The translations under genes were made by a program, and so were the position numbers. This document shows, in pieces, positions 42,199 through 55,134 of a stretch of 64,000 nucleotides of DNA. Below the pieces are notes generated by a model. The model saw nothing but the letters and a program-made list of their open reading frames with translations, was not told the DNA's origin and ran no database searches. The DNA comes from Amphiscolops sp. MND2022 (Eukaryota), in contig OZ076409.1 of NCBI GenBank assembly GCA_964187785.1, positions 88,848,001 through 88,912,000 of the forward strand, read 5' to 3'. Each line of letters starts with the position of its first letter. Within the stretch, counting starts at the first letter, position 1.

Positions 42199-45100
42199 TT
42201 AAACGTCGTCTAGTTTTCTCTTCAATGTGGCCTTTTTTAGTGCGTTCTTGTACTTCCGCATTGCTGTGTGGTAAGTTAATGAACCATGTCGTAGGGGGTT
42301 TGATTGACGTTGTAATTGTGGGGCCATAGATATGTACTTCATCGTTTTGAATTTGGCTCTCGCAGACTCATCTACTTCAAAAACATAGCCTTTGGGATCA
42401 ATCAAAGACTTCTTCTGTACACAGGCGATTACAAATTCAGCGTTCAAGTAAATCCAGTTACCGAGTATCGTATTGGAAAGCGCCTTCGTTGCAGCTTTTT
42501 CTTTACCTTGTTGACCTTTAATGAATGCGTCGATACAATTTCGATTTGGTAAAATGCAATAGTGATGGCTCAAAAAATTCAGCTTGCTTCTGTTGATGAT
42601 GTCTACATTGGAAACAACATTTCCTCCATTTTCAGTGATCTTCTTCTCAAGACTCGCTTGAGTTTCTTTCAGGTGACCATATGTTCCAAGAATGACAAAG
42701 TGCATACCTCTAAACATGTCTTCAGTTCTAAGATAGTCAAGTTCAGGTTCTGGAATGGGTTCACAGCAAATTTCAAGATACGTCTTTGTCACGTCGGTTT
42801 TTCCATACAACTTCCGGTAAGATTCAAGTGTCGAAGACTTTGAAGAACATAAATCAATTGCACGGTAGAAGGAAAACTGAATATCGAGATAACTGGATGA
42901 CATGTTCCAAGCATCATTGCCACCATCACGCATTGTCTTCGTATTGTAGTCTTTGGCTGCCGTGTGGTGGCTTTTTTCAGTTCCTTCTGTCATGTAATAA
43001 AATGGAGACAGAAGCTCACCCTTCTCAAAAAGTCTGAGTAAAATATCCAGTTTCAATTTGTATGGCGTCAACGCACGATCACCGAAAAGACATAAAGTTG
43101 ACTGGTAATAAATCTCATAGAGATCTTTACACTTTTGAATGTCTTTGAATTCTCTCTGTCGAAGCAAATCAAGTAACTGGTAAAGAGATTGGAATTGGAG
43201 GTCAGCCAGTTTCCGAACAGAAATACCCACTCCTTTTGTGAAAGATGTCTCCAACCCATCAACCAATGATATCAACACGTTATAAGACGTTGTAGAGGTT
43301 GTTTGGTCAGCTTTGTAGACATGAGGTGTTTCGAATGAATACACACCTTCAAAAATTGGGCAGTCTGATCGGCCATAGTCGCTGATTCTGTTGCAGTCGG
43401 ATATTATGACTTCGGCGTCTCTGAAACTGAGAGATACAGCCTTGCAGAGTTTTTCAACGATCTCAAACTTGAATCTCGGCGGTTTCACATTTCGTTCCGT
43501 TATGTTACATTCGAGTCTACATATTGCTGCATGGTCTTTCAACAGCAACATCGAGTCCACATGCAACTTCAAGTCACTTTCGACTGAACGGACAACCATA
43601 TGCAGCAAATCAGGGCATGTATTGAAAGTGGATTTGAGAAAAATGAGAGAGTCTTTTGGGATGCATTCGTTGATGTCAATGATCAGTTCTGTTCTTCGGC
43701 CAGTAGCGTAATCGACAGTTGACGGAAGAATCACCCCCCTTCCTTCCATTTCTTTCTTATATTCAGCGGTGTCTTTTTTTGTCTGTTTCACTGGTGGATT
43801 CGAAATATCTGCAGGATCACTGACATAAAGACACATCTTTGACAGACAAGAGACATCACTGCTAACACCTTTTAAAAGACGCAGTTGGAATGGTGAATCA
43901 CCCGAGCAACTCAGTATAGCACCTTCATCATGCAAGGCCTTTGTTTCGTTGTATAGCCATCCAGGGCGTCCAAGCACTTCTGACATGGCGAGATTGTATT
44001 CCAGGTTGATTCGCACATCTTTACCCTGGGAAACATTCCAAAAATTCATATTTCAACTTCCAGTTTCTCACAACAGGGAAAAATTTAGAATTATATCAAC
44101 AAAACAATTGAGTGCTGCTCAAGACGGACCAAATTGGTTTTCCAACTACTAAGTAATCATTCAAGTGTAACTCACGACAAGGACCAAATTTAGATTTGCG
44201 TTACCACTAAACTATTAAGTGTAGCTCACAACAGGGACCAAAATTAGGTTCTCAATAAACATTTTGATGTAGCTCACAATAGAAATCAAGTTAGAATGAA
44301 GTTAAAATCAAGTTAATAAAGTTAAAATTAGATTAAAACTTGAACGACTCACCTCAAACACAGCAAACGTGAAGACATGGGTTGAGGATTGCTCAGTTTC
44401 GATGCCGCTTTGCAAAATTCGGAAGGCCATTCGTACGACGTCTTTTTTCCCCCGAGACATTGCATCACCATAAATGTCGACTCTCAAGCCGACTAAGCTG
44501 GTCTTGTTATACAAATTGCAGGCAACGAATCTGACAAATGAAACAAGATTAACACGGAACCCAGTGGGGGTTCTTCTGGGAGTAAGTATTAATCTGAAAT
44601 CTTCGTTCAATTTATTTGTGATTGCTTGAAGTTCACGTCTTGAAGGGAGAATGGTGGATTTGATGAAAGGGCATTGTATAAGTCGACGTATTTTGACTAA
44701 AAGATCCTGAGGATTACTGAGAGTAAGTAGGCATTGAATCTCCATTTGAATGTCTTCCCTTTCAAGGCAAAACAAGTTTGGCAGAAATAGATGAAGAAGT
44801 TTATGAACTAAGGTGTTTTTTTTCTTGATTTTCAAAGTTTGACTTGTGAAAAACTGCTTGAGAGTTTCAATAAATTGACCCAATGCAATTTCTGATTCTG
44901 ATATAGTCTTCAAAGAAGAGCTCCAAAAATTCTGCAGCGAAACGCCTGTTTCCAATGACTGTTGTGAAAAAATAGCGTCAACTTGAATTGTTAAAAAAGA
45001 GGTTGAGTCTGGAATGGGCAACGAAGGGAAAAATTGTCGTATATAGCCAACTCTTTCAGTCGTCCAGGGAATCAATGATGGAGGTGCAGATATTATCAAT

Positions 45101-45500
45101 AAATCGAATACGTCTTCGCGCAACAAAGGACACCTTTCTTTGATCCCATGGGGCTTGTATACATCAGAGAAGTTTACGTTCAGTCCTGCAACAATCATGA
45201 ATCAAAACGTGCCACGAACGATCAACTACAATGCTGTGCTCAAGTGCATTCCTTACATCTCACAACCACGTTTTGGACGATTACGTTTACGATCTCTAGT
45301 TATGTTTTTGATTAAAAAAGGAAAGAAAGTAAACCTTTTAAATGCTTCTTGAGGAAATCTGTAGCCTTTCTGCGATCATTGGGAAGAAGGCAGTCATTGC
45401 TTTCCAGCAGGAACACATTCGGGAACAAGACGTTCAGGAATGTGAGTTTCACGTAATTGATGCCAGCATAAGTGATGATTGGTTTTTGTATCATTTCGAT
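42199..45500 (-). CDS. RAG1/Transib/Chapaev-like DDE transposase with C-terminal BRCT domain, spliced, ~940 aa
   Basis: Exons 45500-45335, 45185-44353 and 44025-42199 join in phase (K-G|GL, FE|GKD). Motifs VDIYGDAM (D1), CSGDSPFQLRLL (D2), CPDLLHMVVR, LTPYK and YMTEGTEKSHH (E). C-terminal FRGMHFVILG...ITENGGNVV...NAEFVIACV is BRCT-like. An extra short 5' exon near 45650-45682 is possible. Confidence 0.82.
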
Positions 45501-46108
45501 CTGAAATACAAAACCTGTTTAAGCAAGAAACCAGCAACAAATCACAAAAACGATGATACTGGCCTAATGATTATGAAAACAATTTCAAAAGTTATGATTG
45601 CCACCAGAAGTGACCGTCACGGTAGAAGAAGAAAAAACAAATTGCAAACTTCCGACAGACTTTTTGAAATGTCCGAGATCATACAGCTGCGTGCCTGAAA
45701 CCTATTTTACCGGGTTGTCTCGTTATGCGATAAAGCGTTAACCCCAGAGAAAAAAAACCAAGTAACTCGAAACGTAATTCAAAAATTCAAAAATAACTTC
45801 TTTGGATGTCCTGAAAACATTTTTTTAATTTATGAGAGACTCCACTAGTATCATACGTATCATCGTCATGTAAGGAAGAAAAATACTGTCTTCGGTAAAA
45901 AAAAAACTATTTGAAAATGAGTTATTAGTTGAAAATATGTTGAAATATGATATCAGTTGAAAGTGTTGAAAATATATAATCAGTTGAAATTGAGCAAATA
46001 TGCAATCGATCAATTATGATAACGCTCAGTGTAGAGGCAGGCCGGGCATTTTTTTAAAATCACGCTACTGTACTAAGATCATCTTCACTAATGATTACAC
46101 TTCAAGTT

Positions 46109-49100
46109 TCAAAAGAGGGTAGGACTTCCAGGCGTCTCGGTCACTTGAGAGTTACTAGTAGTAGTAGTAGTAGAGGTCTCTCGCTCAGATTCACTGCCAG
46201 TGGTAGATGTTCCTTGGGGCTGTGTGGACCGTGAGGCACCCGAGGAATTGGAAAGTTGCTGGCAAAACTCTGCCCTGCAAACTGCATCATTGTAATCGAA
46301 GCAGAGTTCCTCCAAGACATCGATGGATCTCTTCGCAACGAACAGAACTACATCTTGGCCACCGATATTTGCCCGCTTCATTCTCACATTACATTCTTGG
46401 TTGTTGCTCGGTCTGTAGTTGAGGAGACGTCCAAACGATCTTCTACCAGGGTGACATTTGCACGTTTCGGCAGTAGCATCGAGCACAAAATCACCACAGT
46501 CAAGAACATACTGCGTGTTTGAACGTTCTCGTAATAGTGCCTGGTCTATGACAAGGTCTGTGTGGTAGTCACAAACTATTTCCGATTCTTTGATTGAGGC
46601 AGTTGTGACCACTCCGCGGCCGACAGAACCATTCGCGAACAATATTTTTTCACGAACTTGGAGGAAGGGCCACTCTTGGTTACAGATGTACTCTTGTATT
46701 TTTGAGGTGTTCACAAAAGTTGATGTCAGCTTGCAAAAAAACATACACACGCCTCTTCCGAGATCCGTCTGAATTACTTCAGGTACTGTACGTCTAGTGC
46801 TTCGTCTAACATCACTATTTGAAGGCTTCCACGCTATCATCGCTTGGTCGACAATTCTTGCGTGATCCGACCAACCACGATTGCGGACGAATTTTGCTAC
46901 GCAATCTCGGGACGGTTGAGTCGGTCCATGGAAGAAGTTAATGGTTTTTTGGACACGCAAATTCACGAGTTTGTAGCGCAAGTGGTCATTCACACGTCCT
47001 CCGAGGTTTTTTGCTGCTGCCGCATCAATGCAAACTCTTCTCATGATTTCTTCCCTGCATTCGGCCGGCGTCGGAATAGTGTCCTCGGGATTATTCGGAA
47101 GAATGAAAAATTTTTTCACCTGAAAAATTTCATAAACTAACTACTTTAGTAGAGTTTTGTAGGAGTTTTGTTCACCTCGAGCAATGTGGACTTTTTCAGT
47201 CCAAAAAATTCAGTCCAAAATTTTCAGCTGTGCTCATCGCAGGGACCAAATTCAACCCAATCAAGTTCAACTCCTGAGGATCAACTTGATTGGGTTGAAT
47301 TTGGTCCCTCCCATGAGAACAGCTGAAAAAATTTTTATTGAATAAAAATTTTCAGCTGTGCTCATGGCAGGGACCAAATTCAATCCAATAACTTTTCAGT
47401 GCGCACGATCATCTGTTCTACTCCATACTTGACTAACTTACGCTGAATGACCATTTTACCATTTTACTCAGATTGCGCTGCTTGACTGACAGCAGCTTAC
47501 CGGTACGTGTATCGTAATGATGGATACTAAAAGATTTAACTTACTGAATTGAGACTGGTAAAGCTATCACTAGAGTAGAACAGTTGTTTTTTTGAAGTCG
47601 GGGACATCGTAGTCATCTCCACTGGCTTCAACTGTCTTTGAGCTGCTGAATCAGAATCGGGGGTGTTGTTTGGTGGCGTTTTGGTTGCCTGCGATATCAT
47701 TTCCACTGTTGAACTAACAGTTCCATCATTTTCGAGAATTGTTGTAGTTGGCTCGTAGATGAGTCTTCTTTTCGGCTTCCTGTGGGTTGCATTCATTTTG
47801 TTTTGAAAGTTCTCACAAACTCTGGTAACATTCAATTGCTTTTTCCCTAGTGAATTATAAAAAAATGACTGTGTTACTTCTTGCAGAGTCAAATCTAAGG
47901 GTTCTGTGAGAAAACTGTCTTTAAGAACATCGAATGCATTTATCCAAAATGGGCGAACACGTTTGAAATAGAAAGTCATCACTTTTTGCTCGAACTCGTT
48001 GAACTTTAAAGCCCTCCTAAATTTGTACTTGTTTCCATCAGTCACAGCACAAACATATTGACCATTTCCTTTCTTGACGAAGTTCACAAAGTCATACACA
48101 GTGAACTTCTTGAGAAGTCGGGCAGGGTAGTTGTTGATGACACACCAGATGATCACGAGCGACTGGAACACAAGCATGGCTCCTTCTTTTTGAGGAACAC
48201 GGTCAGTTTCCACTAGATGTTCGACATGAGAGCGTCCTTCTGCCCATTTTGACATGACGCTCAACAGTTCACCACGACCGTTTGCATCCTGGGCCGCTGG
48301 CTGAAGTTCGAGGGGAGAATCATAGTTGCTCCCGTTGGAATTGACCGCGTCGATCGGGCTCAATGGAGCGGCGAAGTTCGTTGATGACGCATGGTTCGGA
48401 TGTGGTGTTGAATGGGGGTTATTCAATTCCTCTGGGCGTGTTTGAAGCGGGACACTAGAATTTTCAAGCTGCTCTTTGGGGCCTGGGGGTTTCCATGATG
48501 GAGTTTGATAACCTTAAATACAATAAACATGCCATTTTCTGCCAATCAAGAAACATTTGATTACCGAAACCTAATTGATTTTTGAAATCAATCTGTTTTT
48601 TTAAATAAGAGAAAGCATATAAATCCAAGGAAATTCAGAAAAAATTGATTGCATTCAGTTATCTAAAAAAAACTATTTTTATCCTACACTGATTGTTTAG
48701 CTCAATAATTTACTCAGTTGGAAACATCCGTTTTTCACAAAAACAATTTCGATGTTCTACGATTGATTTCAAAATTTTGGTCCCTGGTGTGAGCTCCATT
48801 ACAAGGCATAAAATTATTCCAGTGAAATCACTCAGGATTTCAGTTATATACACACTGCGAATTGAACTGAAATCATGTTTATTTTGTAGTTTACTAATTA
48901 CTAATTCGGCAGGATCATTCTCGACGGCAAATGTTTGACCAAAACTTGTTCAGAAAGTATTATTCAACTTATTATGGATATTATTCAACTTATTATTGTG
49001 GTATATAGTCAAGTATTATTATGGATTTGCAATACTTTAGAACGCTACCCAGTTATGTAGAGCACTTTGTTCCGTAAAATTTATCTGACATAGTGCGACA

Positions 49101-49471
49101 TTTATTTAGAATTATTTAAATTACTGACACTGAGTGTAACTACGTAACTGGAACTATCAACAGACGACACATAGCCGAGGGAAAAAGTATAATGCGCCCA
49201 ATAAACGTTTTAAAGTACCAAAAAATGTTGAACCTGTATGATTTTCGGCGATTATTGCTGGCATTGATGAGTTCGATGGAACGAAGTTATATATATCAGC
49301 CTGAGCGTGAGGATGAGATATCTGACTTGTCAGAACAGGAGGAGGCGCGAGTTCATGGATAACTTCTTGTACAATTCCATCATCATTCAAATGACGGGCA
49401 ATAATTTGCTCGATAGCAATGTTGACCGAAGTTTGGGAAGATGTTGTTTGAGAAAAAGAAGCATCGAGCAT
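46109..49471 (-). CDS. Degenerate tyrosine-recombinase-like domain fused to a SET (KMT5A/PR-Set7-like) domain, 3 exons, ~738 aa
   Basis: Exons 49471-49234, 48512-47545 and 47119-46109 are phase-consistent (TCA|gtaagt ... tttttcag|GTG). SET motifs VGRGVVTT, EIVCDYH, DATAETCKCHPGRRSFGRLLNY, CNVRM, LFVAKRSIDVLEELCFDY. Exon 2 (FYFKRVRP...FFYNSLGK) resembles a YR core lacking the catalytic residues; that call is less certain than the SET call. Confidence 0.78.
47428..47519 (-). repeat. Internal ~92-bp copy of the element's right end, including the full TIR, inside an intron
   Basis: CTTGACTAACTTACGCTGAATGACC...CCGGTACGTGTATCGTAATG is nearly identical to 57809-57900. Confidence 0.92.
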
Positions 49472-50307
49472 TTTGGAAAATTTCAGTTTGATTCTCGAAT
49501 TCAGGAGATTAGTAAACTGGTTGTTGCAACAATATAGTTGAGAAGTTTGAATAAAATTGAGGTCTGAACTTGACGAGGAATTGATTTCAAATGATGAATT
49601 CAAAAACTTATTCCCTTTTCGATTTTACGATGTAATTACGAGACACTTCCCGGTAGAATGGATTTCAGTCATGCAGCGTAAGATGGTCAATCAGCGTAAC
49701 TTAAAGCGTGACTTATCAGCGTGACTTATCAGCGTGACTTGAAGTCAGCCAGGACGGGGCATCATTATCTAATCACTTCATAATTATCATTATTCGAAAA
49801 TCAAGTTCAAATTAACGCCCCCGGGCCGGCAAAATACTCTGGAACAATTTTACCCAATTTGGTTTTGTGGTTTAGGTTTCAACCAAGATTGAATATTGGA
49901 TGAAGTGGGCCTTGTAATGATGGTCATCCCCATCATAGGAGGCATCGTTCATTACTATAAATTGGATAGTAATGAATAGCATCATTAAATAGACTAATTT
50001 TTCCATTGTGCAATTCAACTGATTATCCGAAAATCTAAGTTTTGACCATATTGGTTCAAATTAACGCCCGCGGGCCGGTATATCATTCTGGACCAATTTA
50101 ACCCAATTTGGTTTTGTGGCTGTGACAAGTTTAAGTTGAAGTTATTCTAATTTTTGTTGAAGTCAGTTCAAGTTGAAGTCTTTTTGCTAACTTAGCTTGC
50201 TTAGAGCAACATAATATTAGTCTCATTTCACTACAAAGACACTGAATTTAGTCCTCTTAAACCCACTACTAGTACCGAGTCTTGAACCGAGTGCGAAACA
50301 ACAGACA

Positions 50308-52317
50308 ATGCAGACATTCTCGAAAAATTTCAAAGTCGGAGAACTCCTGCAATGTTTCGAGGAAGAATGTGGACTTTGGCGATCAGCCTACGTCACCGAA
50401 TTTCACCGAACTCATGAGGTATTAAATTTTCATCCTATATTCTTCAAATAAACATACATAAAAATCTAAGAAACTTTCATCCTCATAATTTTTTTTCAGA
50501 AATCGCTGTTGTTTTAGAGATATTCGATTTTCAGACTTGCCATTTGTTGCTTTCAGAAATATCACTACTGCTAATGAATTTTGTTCAATGAGTTACATTT
50601 TAAAACGTTTTTGTTTCCAGGCGAAAGTCAAATGGTTAGATTACAACTCAAAACATGCAGCAGGAGTCGTTAGAACACCCCCAAAATTCCACGACTTTCC
50701 AGAGAAATGGCCCATCCGAAAGAACGAAACGCCAATTCCAAGCTACAGCCGTAGCGTTGAACTGACACTGAGCCTTGATGTTCTGGGCTACATGAAAGAA
50801 AAACGTGTTAGAAACGATAAAGTTCATTACACACTGGCCCATGCTAAAGACGGCGTCCGACACATAGGGGACATCGAAGAAGGTTTCGTAATGAAAAACG
50901 ATCCCTTCCGTAAAGAAATGTTGATATCGCCAGTTGTGATACCAATAGAGGAAAACGTTTTTTTCGAAGAACAGCTGGAAAATGTGATTTTGGTCCCCAT
51001 CAAATACTACCAGCTTCGATGCGAATCGTCACAAAAGGCAGCATCCGTTTTCAAAAAAGTGAAATTCGAAGAACCCGAGGACTCCGAGTCCTCGGATGAA
51101 TCTGACGAAGAACACGTTACTTCAAGATGCGACAAAAAGACGGTGTTTGACAAAAAAGTCACGGTGTTGGTGACCCGCGGAATAGAGGCCACGATCCCCG
51201 CCAAGATGCCTAAAAAGAAGACTAAAATTGATGTAAAGCAGGCTTACCGAAAATACTACTTCAATATTTTTTTAACAGAGGTACAACTATTTTTTAGCTA
51301 GACTATGAGGGTTGAATGATTGCAAGTTTAACGTTGCAAGTTGTTGGCAGCCTCCCGAGAAAAAGCACGTACAGTTGATTTGATTTTTTTGTAGAATACA
51401 TAAATGTTTTTGACAATACTACTAGGAAAAGTTTCCGAAGTGCTTTATCCTCAGTTTTTCCGAAGCGAATTGAGTTCTCAATTTTGGCAAAAATACCTAT
51501 TATCATTCGCATATCACCAACCAAAATAGGTTCAATGGGTTAGTTGTAGTACTTTTCAAACATTTTTCTAATATTTTTTTAACTTTGGAATAGTGACTAC
51601 GATAAATTATTCGGTAATCCTGATGCAATACCATCCCAGGCCATAATTGATGGACCTTCCCAGAGTTTCAAAAGTACCCCACTTGAACGAAAAGAACTAG
51701 TTTGTGTCCCCATCAGCACCGGAGTCGTCATCAAGGGAGACATTGTTGAAATTTTGGGCTGCGATTGGAAGATTAATTCTATTTACTATTTAAAGACGAA
51801 ACTTCTCGTAGAAGTCGAAAAACAGGACGATCCTTCCTTTAACGCAACAGTCCCTGTAAGTTATCTCCGGAAAAAAAGACTGGGAGCAGTTGAAAACGCA
51901 CCTGGCGCGCCGTTATACGACGACCATGCGTTAGTGTATTGGGCATATTCTAACCTGAAAAACTTGCTGATGAATTCCCTCAGTGGACGCAGCAGAGTCA
52001 AAGACATCAAGCAAGATTTTGCCCCTTGCACTGATGCGACGATTCACGCGTTCGGTGTCACAAATGGCCCAGTGACATTCTCCATCAAAGAAGACGACGG
52101 CCCTTTTTCAACATCAGCATGGGACCACATATTGGGCAACGAATGGGACAAAGTTGCGGATGGAACAGCTGTCATTACGTCCCTGAAATTCAAAGTTGAC
52201 AAAACATCAACTCTAAACTTCAACAGCAACATTAATGTTCACGCGACACTCGTATCCAATGTTAATTTCAAGACAATGGAAAATTATAGGATGCACGTAA
52301 AGGAACATTGCTCCTAA
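50308..52317 (+). CDS. Tudor/chromo-barrel (Royal family)-like protein, 3 exons, ~482 aa
   Basis: Exons 50308-50418, 50621-51280 and 51640-52317 join in phase 0. N-terminus FKVGELLQCFEEECGLWRSAYVTEFHRTHE|AKVKWLDYNSK fits a Tudor-knot/chromo-barrel pattern (VGE..W..A.V...V.W..Y). Acidic patch EEPEDSESSDESDEE. Confidence 0.62.
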
Positions 52318-52543
52318 TTTCAACTTCAGTTGTCATGTAACTTTTCATATGATATTCAAATGGTGTGATCCTCAAATGATTACGATCATGATTATTGCAT
52401 TTTTTAAATAAAAGTATCATAAATACAAAAATTACAAAATGGAATTTTCAAATTAGCGTTTTCCTTGATCAGAAGTCATCGGAGTCATTTTAGTCATAGG
52501 AACGTTTTATTACATCAGGCGCTTACACCAGGGACCAAAATTA

Positions 52544-52905
52544 CTAGGTGAACCAAAAAAAAACGGAACGTGCAAATTTTTGTGTCTTCAAAATCGTATT
52601 GTTTGTAAACAAGGCACTGAGAATCTTTCAATTTTATCTATCAAATATTTTGATTGAAGCTCATATTACGTAATCACATCTCCAACGAATGATGGTTTGA
52701 ACCATCAAAAATAGTCTAGACGTCTATACCAGTCATTTCGTTCTTACTTTCAATGTGCGAAAGCATTTTCGCTTCTAAGAAATATACCAAATTTGAATGA
52801 TTGACAGGAGCGTTGAACGTTGCTTTGAAACTTCAGTTGTCAAATATTTGGATCTTTGAGAGCTCAAGAATTTTTTGTACGTTCCGTTTTTTTTGGTTCA
52901 CCTAG
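52544..52905. mobile_element. Tc1/mariner-like MITE
   Basis: TA|CTAGGTGAACCAAAAAAAAACGGAACGT ... ACGTTCCGTTTTTTTTGGTTCACCTAG|TA. A truncated relative lies at ~41920-42118. Confidence 0.8.
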
Positions 52906-54623
52906 TAGCTGCAACTCAGTTTAAACAATTTATCATTAAACAATTCATCATCACGGTCTGGCCGACAATAATTGATAAATTGTTTAATGCGTAAATTTAA
53001 TCATTAAATTTACGCATTAAACAATTTATCAATTATTGTCGGCCACTGTTGCCTGGCAGACAGTGTTTGTTGTTATGCTGACAAGTTAATGAATTGTTTA
53101 ATAACATTGCGCTCACGACAGGGACCAAATTTCAGGATTTTGTTTGTTTACTGAGTTACCTTGTTTACCATAAATGTTTTTACTCTCAATCAAATTTCTG
53201 AACTTTGGTCCCTGCCGTGAGCGTAATCACAGCCGTGACGATAATATGAGGGACATTGAAAAGTGTCCGACTCAACTTATATCCAGTTCCTTAGTAACTG
53301 ATTCAGATTCAATATAGAAGAGTTATTCGTTTTTCCAAAGGAGGTGAAACAGGAGTTTGTTTGAAGATATACTATATTTAAAGCTTTTAGTGAAGAGAAT
53401 AAATTTTTAGATAGCTGAATACTACGGAAAGGAAACAAAACTATCAATATCTTACCTACTAACACTGTTGAAACTTCTGTAAAGGGAGAGGATTCAACGG
53501 TCAACCGTTTTGCTTTTCTAGTAATGATAAATTTCGGAGCTAAACTTTTCTTCTCGGGGCTAGTATTGCGAACCACTTTCTGCTGTCAGAAGCGTATTGT
53601 AACAGTGGTGAGAAAGAATCACTATTGAAGTGTCAATCATCAATTTTAGAATTCGCATTGGCGTTCATATTTACCAACAAAACAATGATATTGCTGTCTG
53701 TTACAAATTCTGACTGCCAAATTCCAAACATCTTCATTTGATTCATCCATAGCGAACAATCATGAGTAGGCTTAGGATTTATTTGTATCCAAATGTCATG
53801 TTTCTCCATATTTCGCCTTACATAAGTTTATATCTATTTTGATAGAAATTATTCAATACTTAGCTAAATTGACGTTTCTGAGAAGCGACACGATTAACAA
53901 TCACTAATCTCAGTACTTCTCAGAATACGGAAGAAGCGTTGAATATGTGAAAATAAAAACAGTATTTATTTCTGACTCAGAAGTAAAGACTGTTTTTACT
54001 TTCACATATTCAACGCTTCTTCCGTATTTTTTTCCGTATTGTCTAGCCATCAACCAAATGGTATCCATATTTTATTGTATGCTTCTGCTACTACTGTAAT
54101 TTCCAAATAAATCCAATGCCTACTCATAAGGGAAATTGGTCTCTTCGAGAAGATCTGATAACCGCCAATTTAATTGGAATTTTACCGCGATCAAACTTGA
54201 AATACTTTAAAGCAGGCGCTTACTGACCAAATAAGGTAATACGCGCACGCTTGTTCGTCAACGATGAATCACCGTATTGACCAAATAAGGTAATAAGGTA
54301 GCTTTTTCATAGAAATGGGACAGCGCGTACCTTATAAGGAAATGAGAGCTGATCATCACTCATGATGAGTGAAACTTTCGTTACCTTATAAGGTAGGACT
54401 TATTCGCATCCTTAAAGAAAACCATGAGTAGCTGTAACAACTTAAAATTTGATTGATGAATGGTAAACAAAAGAATGAAACAGTTCGTTCAGTTTGGAAC
54501 TACACTTTTGTAAACTTCCCTGATTTATGAAAATCGTTCGTTTACAAAACTCAAAAGCGGGTTACTTTTAAAATAATGGCTTTTTAATCTTGTCTTTACT
54601 TTCCTTTCTTTCGTACAAAAGAG

Positions 54624-55134
54624 CAGGGCTTTTCAATAAATTATTTTTATTGCAATATATTGCAATATTTGTATTGCAATATATTTATTGGGAATGGCAA
54701 AAGACAGCAATAATATTGCAATATATTGCAATATATTGGATTTAAAAACAAATTTAAAAATCATTCTTGTGGAGCATTTCTCAGAAATATAAAACAACCA
54801 CACTATAGGCCTACTTAGATTTTTCTCAGAAACGTTCGCAAATCAACCTTTTCAATTCAAGTGCGCTTTTGCCATTTCTCAGAAATATAAAACACCATCC
54901 CATCGTCCTTCGTGGCCTGATTCAAACTGTCCAAATCTAATTTTAAAGATTTTTGTTGATATTTAATGAAATAGATTTTTCCTTGCTTTTCTCTCCAGAT
55001 TCTTCAAATTCAGCATATTGCAATATATTGGAATATATTGCAATATATTTATTTTTGACGAAGTTTATTGCAATATATTTATTGGAAATATTCTGATCCA
55101 AAATAATATTGCAATATTATTTTGAAAAGCCCTG
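54624..55134. mobile_element. hAT-like MITE
   Basis: TIRs CAGGGCTTTTCAA / TTGAAAAGCCCTG; 8-bp TSD CAAAAGAG; internal ATTGCAATAT repeats. Confidence 0.9.

Noticed and set aside
42199..52317. ProtoRAG-type RAG1/RAG2 pair
   Set aside because: No kelch-repeat/PHD RAG2-like ORF was recognised, the TIRs lack an RSS heptamer (CACAGTG), and the TSD is 2 bp rather than 5 bp.
53277..53576. 99-aa ORF as additional cargo gene
   Set aside because: No ATG start, no recognisable motif and no supporting splice structure.
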